Positions 19,185 to 31,200 of a stretch of 64,000 nt of DNA are shown piece by piece. Under the pieces are notes generated by a model that was given only the letters and a program-made list of their open reading frames with translations, was not told where the DNA came from and did no database searches. The position numbers were made by a program, and so were the translations under genes. The first letter of the stretch is position 1; the number at the start of each line of letters is the position of its first letter. Source of the DNA: Giardia intestinalis (lineage: Eukaryota); assembly GCA_000002435.2 (NCBI GenBank), contig CM018793.1. One strand, given 5' to 3'.

Positions 19185-19904
19185 ACTTTAAATTTTTTAC
19201 ACAGGAGAATTTCGGTAGGTGTTGTACTAAGTTTGTCGGCTTGAAAATGTTTGTATGCTGGGTCGCTCCCTGCAACCAGGAAGACAGGAGTGCACCGCAC
19301 ATCTTGCCCATCTTGGTCATCTTCTCCTGATAGTTTCAGTGATCTACCTCAAGTAGATTGGCGAGCTACTGCTGCTATCGATGTATCAAGCTATCTAGTG
19401 GGTTGACACTTATGATGGCCTATCTTTAGACTATTTACATGATTATCATAACCCTAGTCATAGTCTAAACCAGAGTCTAAAAAAGTCAAAACATTACATG
19501 CATCCATTTCATCCCAAAGCAAAAGCTATCTCTCTGCCCTTGCCATCTTGACTACAGAGCAGCAGAACAGATAGCAAGTGGTAAGTCGTTCCTCACAGGC
19601 TAATCAAAGAGCACTTTTTTTTGAATTTTTTGAAATAGAATCTAACACGGATGCGTTTTAAAGGTGATCAAGATTGAAATTACTTTCATGTGTTTCACCT
19701 AAGACCTTCTGTACAGAGCAGCCAACCACTAGGAGGCAGCTTGTCAAAGTGTACACAGAGACTACGCTCGTTTTGACCGCCAGTTTACTCAGTGACTACA
19801 AGAAATGGTGTGGGGCCGGTCATCCTAAAGCTGTAGTCTACAGATCAGGAGTGAGGCTGTGAGGGCGAAAAGGCAGCTAACCAACAGGGTGTCAATCAGC
19901 CTAT

Positions 19905-22178
19905 CTACGGCTTCTGCTTGCGCTTGCTCTGCATTTCCTCCTCTGACTCATCAAAAGAGGAGTCATCATAGCTTGACTCTTGTTCAGAGGCTGCTCTTCG
20001 CTTGCTCTTCCTCCTGTTCTTTCGTTTATGTGCTTCCCGATCGAAGGAATCGTTATGTGCTATGCGTTGTTGGAGCCTAGAGACGTGAGAGGCTTCATTT
20101 GGAAACGTTGTACCGGAGTGTTCTTCACTAGCCGAAGTATATGACGACAGCTCGCTCTCATCGCTTTCGTCTTGAGCTGAATTGTTGGTGTGTTTCGCAC
20201 TGAAAGCGCCAGACGTAGATTGGCTCTCCTCGTCGCTACTTGTATTAAGAATCTTGTGGCGCCCAGCTTCTCGGGCAATTCGAGCAGCCTCCTCAATGGA
20301 CCCCTTTAATAACTTTCTCTCTATTTGCTTTTCCCGTTCTTGTTGAAGCTCCTCTTTTTCCTTGGAGCTGAGTACAGATGTGACAATCTTGGTGACCTTT
20401 AAGAGATCGTCTCTCTCCTCTTCATCGTCTGCATCAGTATGCTCGCCTTCTGGTTGGCGGATCCCTGTAGCTGATGCCATCTGCTGTTCTGATGCAGGGT
20501 GTTGCGTAGATATACCAGGCTGCTTTCCAACTGATAAATTAATATTGCTGGCCAATCCGTAGCTCAATGCTATATCTGTTAGGTTGAGTTCAGATGCCGG
20601 GGGAAACACCTCCCGATCACCTTGGACATGGATGGATTTAGCATATGAAACTATCGCTTTTTGTGCTAGGTGCTTTATGTATGTATCTGTGATGCAAAGC
20701 TCTGTAAGCTTCTGGCGTATGGACACGACGGTCCTTAGCTTCACCGTCTTCTTCTGATAGTCAATCTTTGCCTCGTCCAGCCTCTTCGTGAACCCCTGCT
20801 CCTGATCTGTTAGGAATAGAAGTGAGAAGCCAGGGAGGTTCATTCTTGCTGCACGACCTGCTCTGTGTGCGTAGGTGATCACACCATCTGGACAGTCGAA
20901 GTGCACCACCCAGTGAACAATAGGAAGGTCTACACCACGGGCACACATGTCTGTGGTTATAAGGGCAGCTGTGCGCATCCCAGAGAATTCGATAAAGGTA
21001 TCGTGGCGCTTCCCAGCCTTCATCCTTCCACTGAGGCACATGATAGGTATTCCTGGCTCACAGAGCTTAAAGCTTTCACAGAGAAAAGCTGCCTGGCGGG
21101 CTGTAGCAACGAAAATCACGATCTTGCTGTTGCTCTTGCTCTTTAGAAAGCTAAACAGAATGTCTATCTTGTCTGCCGGATGTACTGTCATGATGATGTT
21201 TGTCAAATTTGGAGGGAGCTTTATACCTCCCGTGTCTGGGCAAGAAGAGGTAACAAACTGTATGTTCTCTCCGTATGTATCTGATGTAATGTCTTTCTGT
21301 GAGATACCCGCTAACTGTGCCAGTGATATCCCATCAGCTTTGTAGAGATCTTTTCCTTTCGGCTTTTCTTTCAAATCGTCTGTCTCCTGCTGGACAAGCT
21401 GATCAAGATTTGCCACTGTCACTACTCCTGTATTCATATCAGCAATCTTCAACATGTGCTCTGCTATTCCAAAGTACTTTATTAATTTGATGATGGCCTT
21501 GCGCACAAGAGGCGTTTCTATTGCCGTAAAGAAGCCTAGCCAGAGCTGCTCGCTCTGCTGTGGTATGTACTTTATGATAGAAAAAATATCAGCATAGAAT
21601 CCCTTTTCAAGTAGGTTATCAACCTCGTCAAAGATCAGAACGCGAAGATTGTCAGCTGAAAACTGGATGCAAGAGGAAAGCTGGTGGAGAAGCCTGCCTG
21701 GAGTAGCTATTATGACATTCATAGACATGAGCACACGTTGCTCTTCCTTGACGTCGTGGCCGCCAGTGATGAGGCCGACAGACATTTTGTATTTTCGCCC
21801 GAGAACGTTGAGGACAGTGAAGGTCTGGACACAAAGCTCGGCTGTAGGAAGAAGAATGAGCGCGCCCAGGCCGTCTAGACGCTGCCATTGAAGGGATATA
21901 AGCCGCTGAAGTAAGGGTATCAGGAACGCTAGAGTCTTGCCACTACCCGTCCTGCTGAGCCCGAAAACGGCCACAGACTCTCCTGTAAACAGAGGAATAG
22001 TGTACCTTTGAATTGGGGTCATCGTCTTAAAACCGCTCTGGGCGAGGTTGTGCTTGAGGGTTTCGTCTATGTCTAGTGTTTGAAACGAATGTTCTTGAAC
22101 ATTCTCCTGTTTAGTATCCTCAGCAGGAGCCAAGAGCGACGGCCCCCTGCGATATGCGCGCCGCTTGTGAGTGGGCAT
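19905..22178 (-). CDS. DEAD-box (DEVD variant) ATP-dependent RNA helicase, ribosome-biogenesis type.
   Basis: Motifs: Q motif FKTMTPIQ, motif I TGSGKTLAF, Ia PTAEL, Ib IIATPGRL, II DEVD, V/VI ARGVDLP...HRAGRAAR, plus a basic/acidic C-tail. The track ORF runs to 22400, overlapping the dynein 3' end. In-frame ATGs are at 22220 and 22178. The dynein AGTGAAC poly(A) signal at 22227-22233 argues for 22178 (aaaataattcaagttATG). Confidence 0.75.
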   Translation of the reverse strand: MPTHKRRAYRRGPSLLAPAEDTKQENVQEHSFQTLDIDETLKHNLAQSGFKTMTPIQRYTIPLFTGESVAVFGLSRTGSGKTLAFLIPLLQRLISLQWQRLDGLGALILLPTAELCVQTFTVLNVLGRKYKMSVGLITGGHDVKEEQRVLMSMNVIIATPGRLLHQLSSCIQFSADNLRVLIFDEVDNLLEKGFYADIFSIIKYIPQQSEQLWLGFFTAIETPLVRKAIIKLIKYFGIAEHMLKIADMNTGVVTVANLDQLVQQETDDLKEKPKGKDLYKADGISLAQLAGISQKDITSDTYGENIQFVTSSCPDTGGIKLPPNLTNIIMTVHPADKIDILFSFLKSKSNSKIVIFVATARQAAFLCESFKLCEPGIPIMCLSGRMKAGKRHDTFIEFSGMRTAALITTDMCARGVDLPIVHWVVHFDCPDGVITYAHRAGRAARMNLPGFSLLFLTDQEQGFTKRLDEAKIDYQKKTVKLRTVVSIRQKLTELCITDTYIKHLAQKAIVSYAKSIHVQGDREVFPPASELNLTDIALSYGLASNINLSVGKQPGISTQHPASEQQMASATGIRQPEGEHTDADDEEERDDLLKVTKIVTSVLSSKEKEELQQEREKQIERKLLKGSIEEAARIAREAGRHKILNTSSDEESQSTSGAFSAKHTNNSAQDESDESELSSYTSASEEHSGTTFPNEASHVSRLQQRIAHNDSFDREAHKRKNRRKSKRRAASEQESSYDDSSFDESEEEMQSKRKQKP

Positions 22179-22226
22179 AACTTGAATTATTTTCTGGAAA
22201 GACCCCAACTGGTGCTGCATACAAAA

Positions 22227-22233
22227 GTTCACT
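22227..22233 (-). terminator. Polyadenylation signal AGTGAAC for the dynein gene (minus strand).
   Basis: gttcact on the plus strand, ~11 nt past the dynein TGA at 22244-22246. It matches the AGTRAAY poly(A) consensus of this lineage. Confidence 0.5.
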
Positions 22234-22243
22234 GATAATGAAA

Positions 22244-25200
22244 TCACTGGTTCAGCGCTGCAAACAAGGCTACGCCGCGCTTGGTCCACTTGGCACTTTC
22301 GTCGGCTTGAATCGGTAAATCCACGGGCATGATGAAATTGGTGCTGTGTCCTGTCGTACTCAGGACACCAGCGCGCGCAAGAGTTCGGTATGCAGGGCAC
22401 CGATATATTCTACGAGCAACCTCGGGGTCGACATCCTTCCCTTGCTCATCTGGAAGGAAGTGGATGACCGGCATCCGTGAATACAGCTCGCGAGAGTATG
22501 ATTCCTGGATAGTGCTGGTTTCCATGCACCACCTGGCCCCCTCCATATAGAGTCCGTAAACGTAACACCCATCTGTGTTTGAGCGGTGCAAAGCTTCTAC
22601 ACGAGTGTTGAGCTCTGGGCCTTCGTTGAGGAAGTTGGTTGTGTTTACCATTACATTGCTAATAGTAAATCTAAAGATGAGCTTATCGATTGCAATGACA
22701 TACTTTCTAGCAAAGTTCTGCAAACAGCCGGTCAAGAAGCCCTGCGTGAAGAAGAAGCCCGAGATCCAGAAGCAGATTGGAATCCCCTTCTCAATCCAGA
22801 CATTGATGAAGGATATCCGGTCCAAGAGGTCAATATAGTACGAAGCAAGAGGCTTGAGGCATGGATAGCTATATTTAAGCCACAGTGCTGGGGTTTTGTT
22901 GTTCGACAGGTTATCCGCCAGCTCTTCAAGCTCGGCGTTCATGACGGAGAAGCCCCGAATTGCCTTTTGTAGGTCTTGGAGAGACTTCTTGATATTTATA
23001 AGCAGCTTGTTATACCTCATACATTCTTGAACAAGAACAGTGTTGAACGACTCTTCATAACGCGTGGGATACTTCAGGCTGACCGCCTCAACGTCGAAAA
23101 GGTCGGGGCAGCGGTCTAGGAGCCCCTGGGCTTGATCGAGGAGAAGAACGTTTTTGTCATTTCCGGTGGAATTCTGGGAACTGTCTTCGGCGTCTCCGTC
23201 TTTGGTGTCTTTATTGTCTTTTGGTTGCAGCTTAATCAGGTCATTCAGCATGGCCTGCACAGCTTGATTATCGCAGGTTATGGCTGCATTCATGTGGAGG
23301 CCAAAGATTTCTGGTCTGGGGTCGTTGGGAATCTGCTCTCGGATACACTCCAGATAGTCCTTATAGTTTAGATTGTCTGGAAGCTGTTTGATCGAAACAA
23401 TCTCTGTGTCGTTCATCCGACTAAAGTCATAGCCCTCCACAAGGGCTTCGTCTGAAAGGTAGTCGTTAAGGATGGTAGTCAGACACCTCTCGTCGTTATA
23501 GTCTGTTACACGCCCGCAGTAGTTTATCTTTCCGAAAAGAAACTGGAGGACGTTGTACGGCACCGAAGTGTACGAATCAATGAAGAGACCTAGCTGTTTA
23601 AAGCACATGTCAAGATCGCCAGACGTGAAGTCGTAGGAGATGTTATATCCGAGCGGGCCAAATTTGCGCCTCTCCTGAGTGACAGCATGAAAGACCGACA
23701 TGGAGAAGGTAAGCTTCTTGAAGATCTGAATCTTTGTCGGATCGCCAGACTGTATCGTCTCGTTAAGAATTTTATCGTTCAGGTTGCTGTACGTTCTAAG
23801 CACATTGTTACGCATCCCGAGGGCGGCTTCGTTTGTCATTTTAACGGAGTTCTGCAGAATAGAGACAGGGAATTGTTCGCTGGGCATAGAGGTGAGCCAC
23901 AGCCTGAAGTCGCGATGAATATTTGAGGGATCGGAGCTTAGTTGTTCAATAATCTTGTCTAGCTCTGGCATCCACGAGACCGCCAGGTGGCAGTTCATGA
24001 GAATGATCCACGAGCCCCGCTCGATACCTTGAGTAATCAACTGGCTTGCTATCGCTCCCTGTCCTTGGCCCAGAGAGATGGACTGCATCTTTCGGCTCAT
24101 CCTCATTTCGTCTGCGAAGCGGAAAAGGTCGGCCATGGGATCTGATCCGCTACTCAAAATGAAGAGCAGGGGCGTAACATTGTTGGAGTCCTTAAAGGAG
24201 AGCTCTAGATTGAAGAGTTGCGGTTCGTTAAAGCGTGGTCCAAGCTCCTGCTCTATGTATATACGAGAGTACGCGATAATCTTGTCTGGACGAATGCACA
24301 TGAGTGGTAGAAACCGCTGGAAGGGAGTGAGTGCGTCTTGGTATGGCTGTGGGATTGGAAGCGTCTCGGGTTGTGAACTCTCAAACATTCGCCTCCAGAT
24401 AGCCTGGTTTTCTTTGTTGGCAAACGTATTAGAAAAGCCTTTGAAAGTACCTGAAACGTTGTCCAGATCACATATGTTGATCCAAGACCTCTCACTGAGC
24501 CATTCGGGGCACGGGTTAGGCTTTGGGGCCGTTGCAGACGCAGACCCAATAAGCAGATATCGAAGCTCGTTGGTGTTGAGGTCTCCGGCATGGTGCTTTA
24601 TGCGTATCGCTACTAGCACGGCGAAAAGAAGCTTATGGACTTCGAAGAGAGACCTGCAAATAGTGGTGTAAAGGTAATAGGTAAAGTGATCAATCAAGTT
24701 CTCTAAGCGTACACTCAGCTCGTCGGCCTGCTCAGCGTCAGCTATTGCTTGGACAAAAAGACTAACGTACCACTGCAAGGAGTATTGGTACATGCTGTCG
24801 ATGTTCGCCATATCACAGCAGCAGAAGTACAGGATGCTAGCACGCGTGGCAACAGGGCGGTACAGCTCGCGCGTGACATCAATCTCTTTTTCGGTCTTTT
24901 CAGACTCGGCAACCTTCGTCGCGATTTCCTGGCTAGTCTTCTGAGACTGCGATAGCGTCTCTATCAGTGTTTCGTCCGACAGGATATCGCCCGTAGACTC
25001 CGAGAGAAGCCTGAGGATCGTTGCCTCAAGGGACTTGAGCTCCTGACGCATTCGACTGTTGCTTATGACAAGCTGGCTCTTCATGCTTTCGAGGTCCTGG
25101 CGTTCTCTGTTCACGACGGTGGCCAACAGCTGCTCCTCAAGCCCGGACTCGTTGATGGCAAAGTTGAGGGTTAGGACCTTGACTGCGTTTTCTGGAGAGT

Positions 25201-28200
25201 ATTTTGGGTTTGGCAAGCTTGTGACAAGGTAAACCCTGAAGTTCGGATTATATGGAATAATCTGGTCTCCTAGTTTTATCACCACAGTGTTCCCATCCTT
25301 GTAAACTTGCTTCTGCAGAATTCCGTCAAGTGCAGGGTCGATCTCCTCCAAGAGATTGACGATCATAACCGGCTTGCCAAAGCGCAATGCATTCTCCATG
25401 GTTCTGAGGAGATCTTTGTCGCTTGCTTTGCAAACTGTGAGCGAATTGTCCTTCTCCATGTTACGGACGAACTTCATGCCCTGGCCCTGTGGGTCAATGA
25501 GTAGTGGATACTTGTCACTATTGTACATAAAAAGAGCGTTCTCTATCGAGTGATTATCCGAGGGCAATCCGTTGACATGGAAATGCTGAATTTCAACCTC
25601 GTCAGAAAGTATCTCCTTCAGGTTTAAGTGTTCTCCTGTAGAGCGCGGTATGTTCAGCTCATCAATGAACTTAATCCAGCTCTGGGCAATCTTTGTTCTG
25701 AACTGCGATGTAAATGCGCCGAGGTAGACGATGCATCCAGCAGAGAACAGACAGTCTCCGAGGATGGAGCTCAGCTTCTTGTCCATGTCGGCCATAGCCT
25801 GCGTCCAACGATCCTTTTCTCCGCCAAGCCCACTTATCAGCTTTTCAGCCCTCTCGAGTTTCAGCCCTGTCTCCTCAACCTGGCGAGTAAGGTCCTCCTT
25901 CTTTTCAACAGCTGCCGAGAATTGCGCTTCCAGTTGGGCAATCTTATTTTCAACGGTATTTAGCTCATCCACCAGCTTATCCAGGTTCTGCTGGACAATT
26001 GTTAGCTCTCCCTCTGCTTCGGCAAGCTTTTGACGTTTAGGCTCGACCTGTTTCGCCACGTGATAGTACTTGTTCATAGCGTGCACCCAGGAACACATCG
26101 CCATGGCGGCCTTGGACTTCTTCTCAATCTCCTTCGGAACAAATTCTGGGTCAACAATATACTTTTGAATCTTCTTTATGATGTCTGGTTTGATGTTATC
26201 TCGATCGTAGTTCATAAGCTTGTCTAGAAGACCACGAGGATCCGAAAGTAGCTTTTTGCTAGGGTCCCAATAATCCTCGATAAACTGGCCTGGCTTATCC
26301 TTGTCTTGAACGCGATTGCCCTTGACGCCGAAGAATTGACAGACCGCTTCAAGGACCAACTTGACACCGTAGGGTGGGCTAGTGTAGTGTCCAATTTCAG
26401 AGAGATCTGAAACCTTCAGGGACTTAAGCGCTTCGAGAGCAGCTTCGAGGGCGGGAATTGCCTCTGCCAAATCGCGCTCAGCATCATTCTTGATAGCTTC
26501 ACACTCGTCGCGCTTCGCTGCAGCAATTTGTTTCTCCTTCGCGACAACTTGCCTGGTCTTATCGGCTTCTGTTTTGTCCTTATCAAGATCAACCATCATG
26601 GCCTCCACCTCTGTCTGCGTCCGCTCAAGGACGGGTTGGAGCGCAATGAGATCTTCCTGCATCTTTGCAACCATAGTTTGTGTGTCCAGAAGCTTGTGCA
26701 GCCCAGATTTAAGTTGCATCTTGTACTCATTAACCTTGTTGTACTGGGCCTGGAGAACGCGTGCAAAGGTGGATAAGAGCGTAAGATAAAGAGTTGGGGT
26801 GATATGATTTAGACGTCCTGACTCTTCCTTGTACCTCTTGGACCAGGTTTCGATAGAGATATGGAATCGCATGCATAGCTTGATAATTGAGTTCTGTAAG
26901 AGGGTCTTTTTCTCCTTCCTCTTAGTCTCATCTAGCTCCATCCCAGACTGCTCGTCCAGATAAGCATTGAGAAACTCGGATTGCGGAGAGTCTGGGAAGC
27001 ATGTCACACCCTGTTCTATTAAAGCATAATTATAGACACTGCGACCAACGTCGATCAGCGCCTCATCTGGCCATCCTGTGAACCAGTCCAGCGTGCAGCA
27101 ATTGACCAGAGATGGGAAGTTCCGAAGGCGTGTTCTGAGTGCTGCAGACGGACTGAAGGTCAGAACCAAGTGGATATTGGCCTTGACCCGGGTAAGATAC
27201 GCATCAAAGAGGGCTATCTTTGTAGGCTGGAGGCCCTTCTCCATACACAGTGGTCGTACGGCTGCGAAGATTGTCTCCATATCGTTTAGGTCATAGAGGT
27301 TCTGGATGTCAGCAGTGTTCAGGATTGCGTTGATATCTTCCACCATCGCCTCGTTGACAATCATGGAGTCTGTAAAGAGGAAGACAATCTGCTTATTGTC
27401 TACACCAGCAGTCATCAGAATCTTCTTCAAGTCATCGCGCCATTCTGGTATCCCGTAGTTCTTTCGTAGTTCAATTGTGTGTAGATCATACTCGGCAAGA
27501 AAGGCGCTAAGACGCGCCAGGCTACTACGACCAGAGCCCCCAAGGCCTATCAGCAAGCAGTTTCCACCGGGTTGGCGCAAAATGCGTGAGATCCTGCTTA
27601 GGTGCGAGATGGCATCCCTGAACATAACGAGGTTCATCTGCTTGCTGTTCTGATCGTTATAATCGTTGAGAGTGTCTGAAAGAACATGAGAAAGAGCAGG
27701 TATATCAGTAATTTCTTTGTAAGGCCGAATTGCCTGCTGTGGATTAGCAAAGTTACCAAAAAGAAGAGTGTCTGGGTGCTTGCCCTCTAAGACGTCCTTA
27801 TCCAGATCACGGTTAAAGAAGTTGCTTGTCTGCTTTGTCAAAAGCTTCTCAAACCAATGCCTATCGTGGTCATCGACCAAACGATCGTAATACACTCGCA
27901 TGTTCTCGTGGATCCAGAGTCTGATTAAGTTCTTCTCAACATCAGCGATAGAATAGGGGACGGTGGATCCATCATTGCTGAGCTTAGCGACAACGCTGAG
28001 AGGGTCTATCATGAGGATGCCCTGGAACACTTTAGAGAGATCGCGCAGATTGAAAACATAGTGGGACTTCTCTGGAGTTGGCAGAAGTTCCGCCCTTGCA
28101 CTGTTGTACACACTGAGAGAAGCGTCAACAAGAATCTGGCACCGCTTCTTCACCTCGTCAGCCAGGTCTGCTGCCGACGCCGTTGTGAAGGATCTGCCGG

Positions 28201-31200
28201 ACCACCACTTAACAATAGTCGAAAAAATGCCCTTAAGGCCGTTATCGTTCATCTCTGGAAAGACCAGAAAGTTCAGATGCCTTTGCATACGATTTGTTAT
28301 TGTCTGTCGTCCACCTCCAGGCGGCCCCATAGCCGTGATGAGATACGTGTCAATGATCTGCTTAAAGAAAAGCTCGTCTCGGTCGTACCAGCCGCCGTGA
28401 TCCACCATTTGCCGAATAAGTTCAATGACAGGAATAGCTCCGTACTTCTCCTTGTTAGGAAGATTAAGGTCATCTATGAAAAGCACAAACTTCTTCCCTG
28501 CTACAGGCCCATAAACGCCCTTCCTCCGCTTCTCCATCTTTCCATCTATAAAATCTTGGGTCTGATTCGCCCCCGTCCTAGCGGAAAAGTTCAAAAAGAT
28601 AGGGATGTTTGTAGTCATGTCACTCGCGGGGCCTCGGAGAAGGTAATTCTTTATAACACTAGTCTTACCGGTTCCAGTTTGACCCACAGCAAGCACTGGG
28701 AATCCATTTAGAAGAAGCTTACGGACAAGATAGCTCGAGCGAACGGTGTCGGCTGTGGGAATGAAGATGTCTTGGAATTCAACGGTCTTGTTGGGACCTG
28801 TCCCCAGGCTGTCAATGGAAAATTCTGGGATTGTCTGCATCCATGGCACCCAGCGCGGTTGGTTCTCACCTTCTTCGTTATCATCCATAGTTACTTTGGC
28901 ATCTATCGGCGGATAGACAAAACAGTAATCGTAAATAGTCGTTGGATGACCGGTCTGGGGGTCTTTTTCAGGAAGCGGAAAATCTGCCAAGTAGCCGCCC
29001 TCGTTGATCCTTGCTCTTAGCCAGTTGTCAAAGCGCTTTCTGTCGTCTTCTGTCGCGATATTGCTGCCAACACCCCAAGCCAGAGCGAAGAAGAAGAAGA
29101 CCTCGAGATAAGTGTTCAGTGTGTCGATCTTCTGTTCCTCAATGACATTAAACTCATTTGGCTTGAACTCTCGGATGAAGCAATCAAGGATTTTAGTCGT
29201 TGCATGTATAAGATTTTGAGGGCACGATTTTATCATGCTCTGCGTGTTTTTGGCTACAAAATCAAGTGAGTCGTTGAGGTGTGAAACGAACAACTCCTTA
29301 AAGCGCTTTGCCACATCGGAGTACCTCTCCGTGACACCGAGGCGCGACTTCATCGAGGTTCCGCGAGAAGAATCAGCGTTTGCACTCTTTCCACGAGCAG
29401 CATTAGTCCCGACAACGCGCAAATCATCAGGAAGACGGTCAATCCATGTGTCGACATAGGCTGATGAGCTGACTGTGTCCAACCCATTGAAGAAGATCAT
29501 GCCTGCACGACTGACGGTGGCTGGGGAGGCTTCGGCGAGATCCTCGACTTCAAAAACAAGACTAATCACATTCGTTAAGGCAATGATTTCGCCAGATGTC
29601 AAACAGAGTTTCTTGTTGTCATCGAGAACAGTGTTCATAGACTCTATCCACAAGGCATCGATGGGTCCACAGATATGGAGCCACTGCCGCACATGGTCGA
29701 ACTTCCGGACGAATGCCGGTCCGTTCACCTGAGATATCGTTAAGATATTCTTGTCGGTGACACCATCGTTTTGCAAATACATAGACTGCTCAATATAAGT
29801 CGTATGCGCATTGTACGCAGCCACCGACTTTCTGATCAGGTCGGCCAGAATACCATCAGACCATTCGTGGGATACCAGGTCAAATTCACCATAAAGCTGG
29901 CCCATCGTGATAGACTTTGGATTAATGCGGTGGATCACTGCCTTCATGAATGTGTAGTCCTCGGGGATCTCCTTGTCCGCCTCAGCCAGGGTCATGCCGG
30001 GGTTGCTTCGGAGAAGCTTATTAAAGTGTGCAAGTCTAGCGTCATATTCTTCCTGATTAAGCTTGTTGAGTGCCAAGGCCAGCGCCTCAAGAGCCACGGT
30101 CTTTCCAGAAGACGTCTGGCCAACGGTCATGAGACCGTGACGAAGCAGAACAGTCTGGTACACCTCGATGACCTTATTGATGAACGATTCCTCTATCTGC
30201 ATATAGCCCATCTGATTGGACCGCAGCACGTATGTAATGCTTTCAATAAGTTTGGTGAAGTCGACATGCGGTGATTCTGTCCCTGGGAACATATCCTTGA
30301 CGATGTTGCCAAAAAGAATAACGTCATTGCTGAGGAACTTAGGTACGTTGACCTCTTTAATAGCGCGCAAAAGAATTTGCTCCTCTGTAACAGTTAGCTT
30401 TCCGTTGGACGTGTACTCCCGAATCATGTTGCCGGCAGCCTGAAGAGTGGTGTTGAGCGCACGCATGCCAAAGTCGTAGTGGTCCTGTGACGATAGTTGT
30501 TCTGAACTAAGCTTAAACGACGCAGTCGTCTTACGGGCAAGGATCTTCGCATTCTTGTATCCAAAGCTATAGAGCCGTATTTCTGCAATAAGAGAATAGT
30601 CTGGAACCATACACGAAACCGACCTAAACAAAGCCTTAAGATTGTCAGGCAGCTCAACGCGACCAGCGTATCCTGGGTTCATTGTGATGAACACAGCGCA
30701 GGTTGGCTTGAGGCTGATCTCGCGGCCTTCAAAGAGGAAGCGCTCCTGCCTGTTAATGATGGCACGTTGAATCGTCAAAATCTGCTGAGCGATAACAGAA
30801 AGAACCTCTATGTCAATGCGGTTGAATTCATCGAAGCAGCTCCAAGCTCCAGACATCGCCAGTCCGGTGAAGAACTTCCCCATGGCCTTGTAGTCTAGAC
30901 CCTCAGAGCAGTTGAAGACAATAACTGGCTGTGCGAGGGCTTTTGCAAGATCCTTTGTAGACTCTGTTTTTCCTGTTCCCGCAGGTCCTGCGGGAGCGCC
31001 TCCAAGATAGTTTGAAAGGGCAGAGGTCAAGGTAATATAGATTCTATCAGTAAGAGGAGTAATGACAAGTCGGGATGTATTGCCTAAATATTCAAAACCA
31101 TAGGGATAAGTGGTCTGAACCTGTCGGATATGCATGTCGATTTGATTATTGGTCTTGGTGAAATAAGTTCTGGCCGCAGACTGGACCTGAATAACACCGG

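Noticed and set aside
19586-19615. GTAAGT...CTAATCAAAG, superficially like a 5' splice site plus branch point.
   Set aside because: It does not match the long, highly conserved intron motifs of this organism (GTATGT ... CTRACACACAG) and sits in intergenic DNA with no flanking exons.
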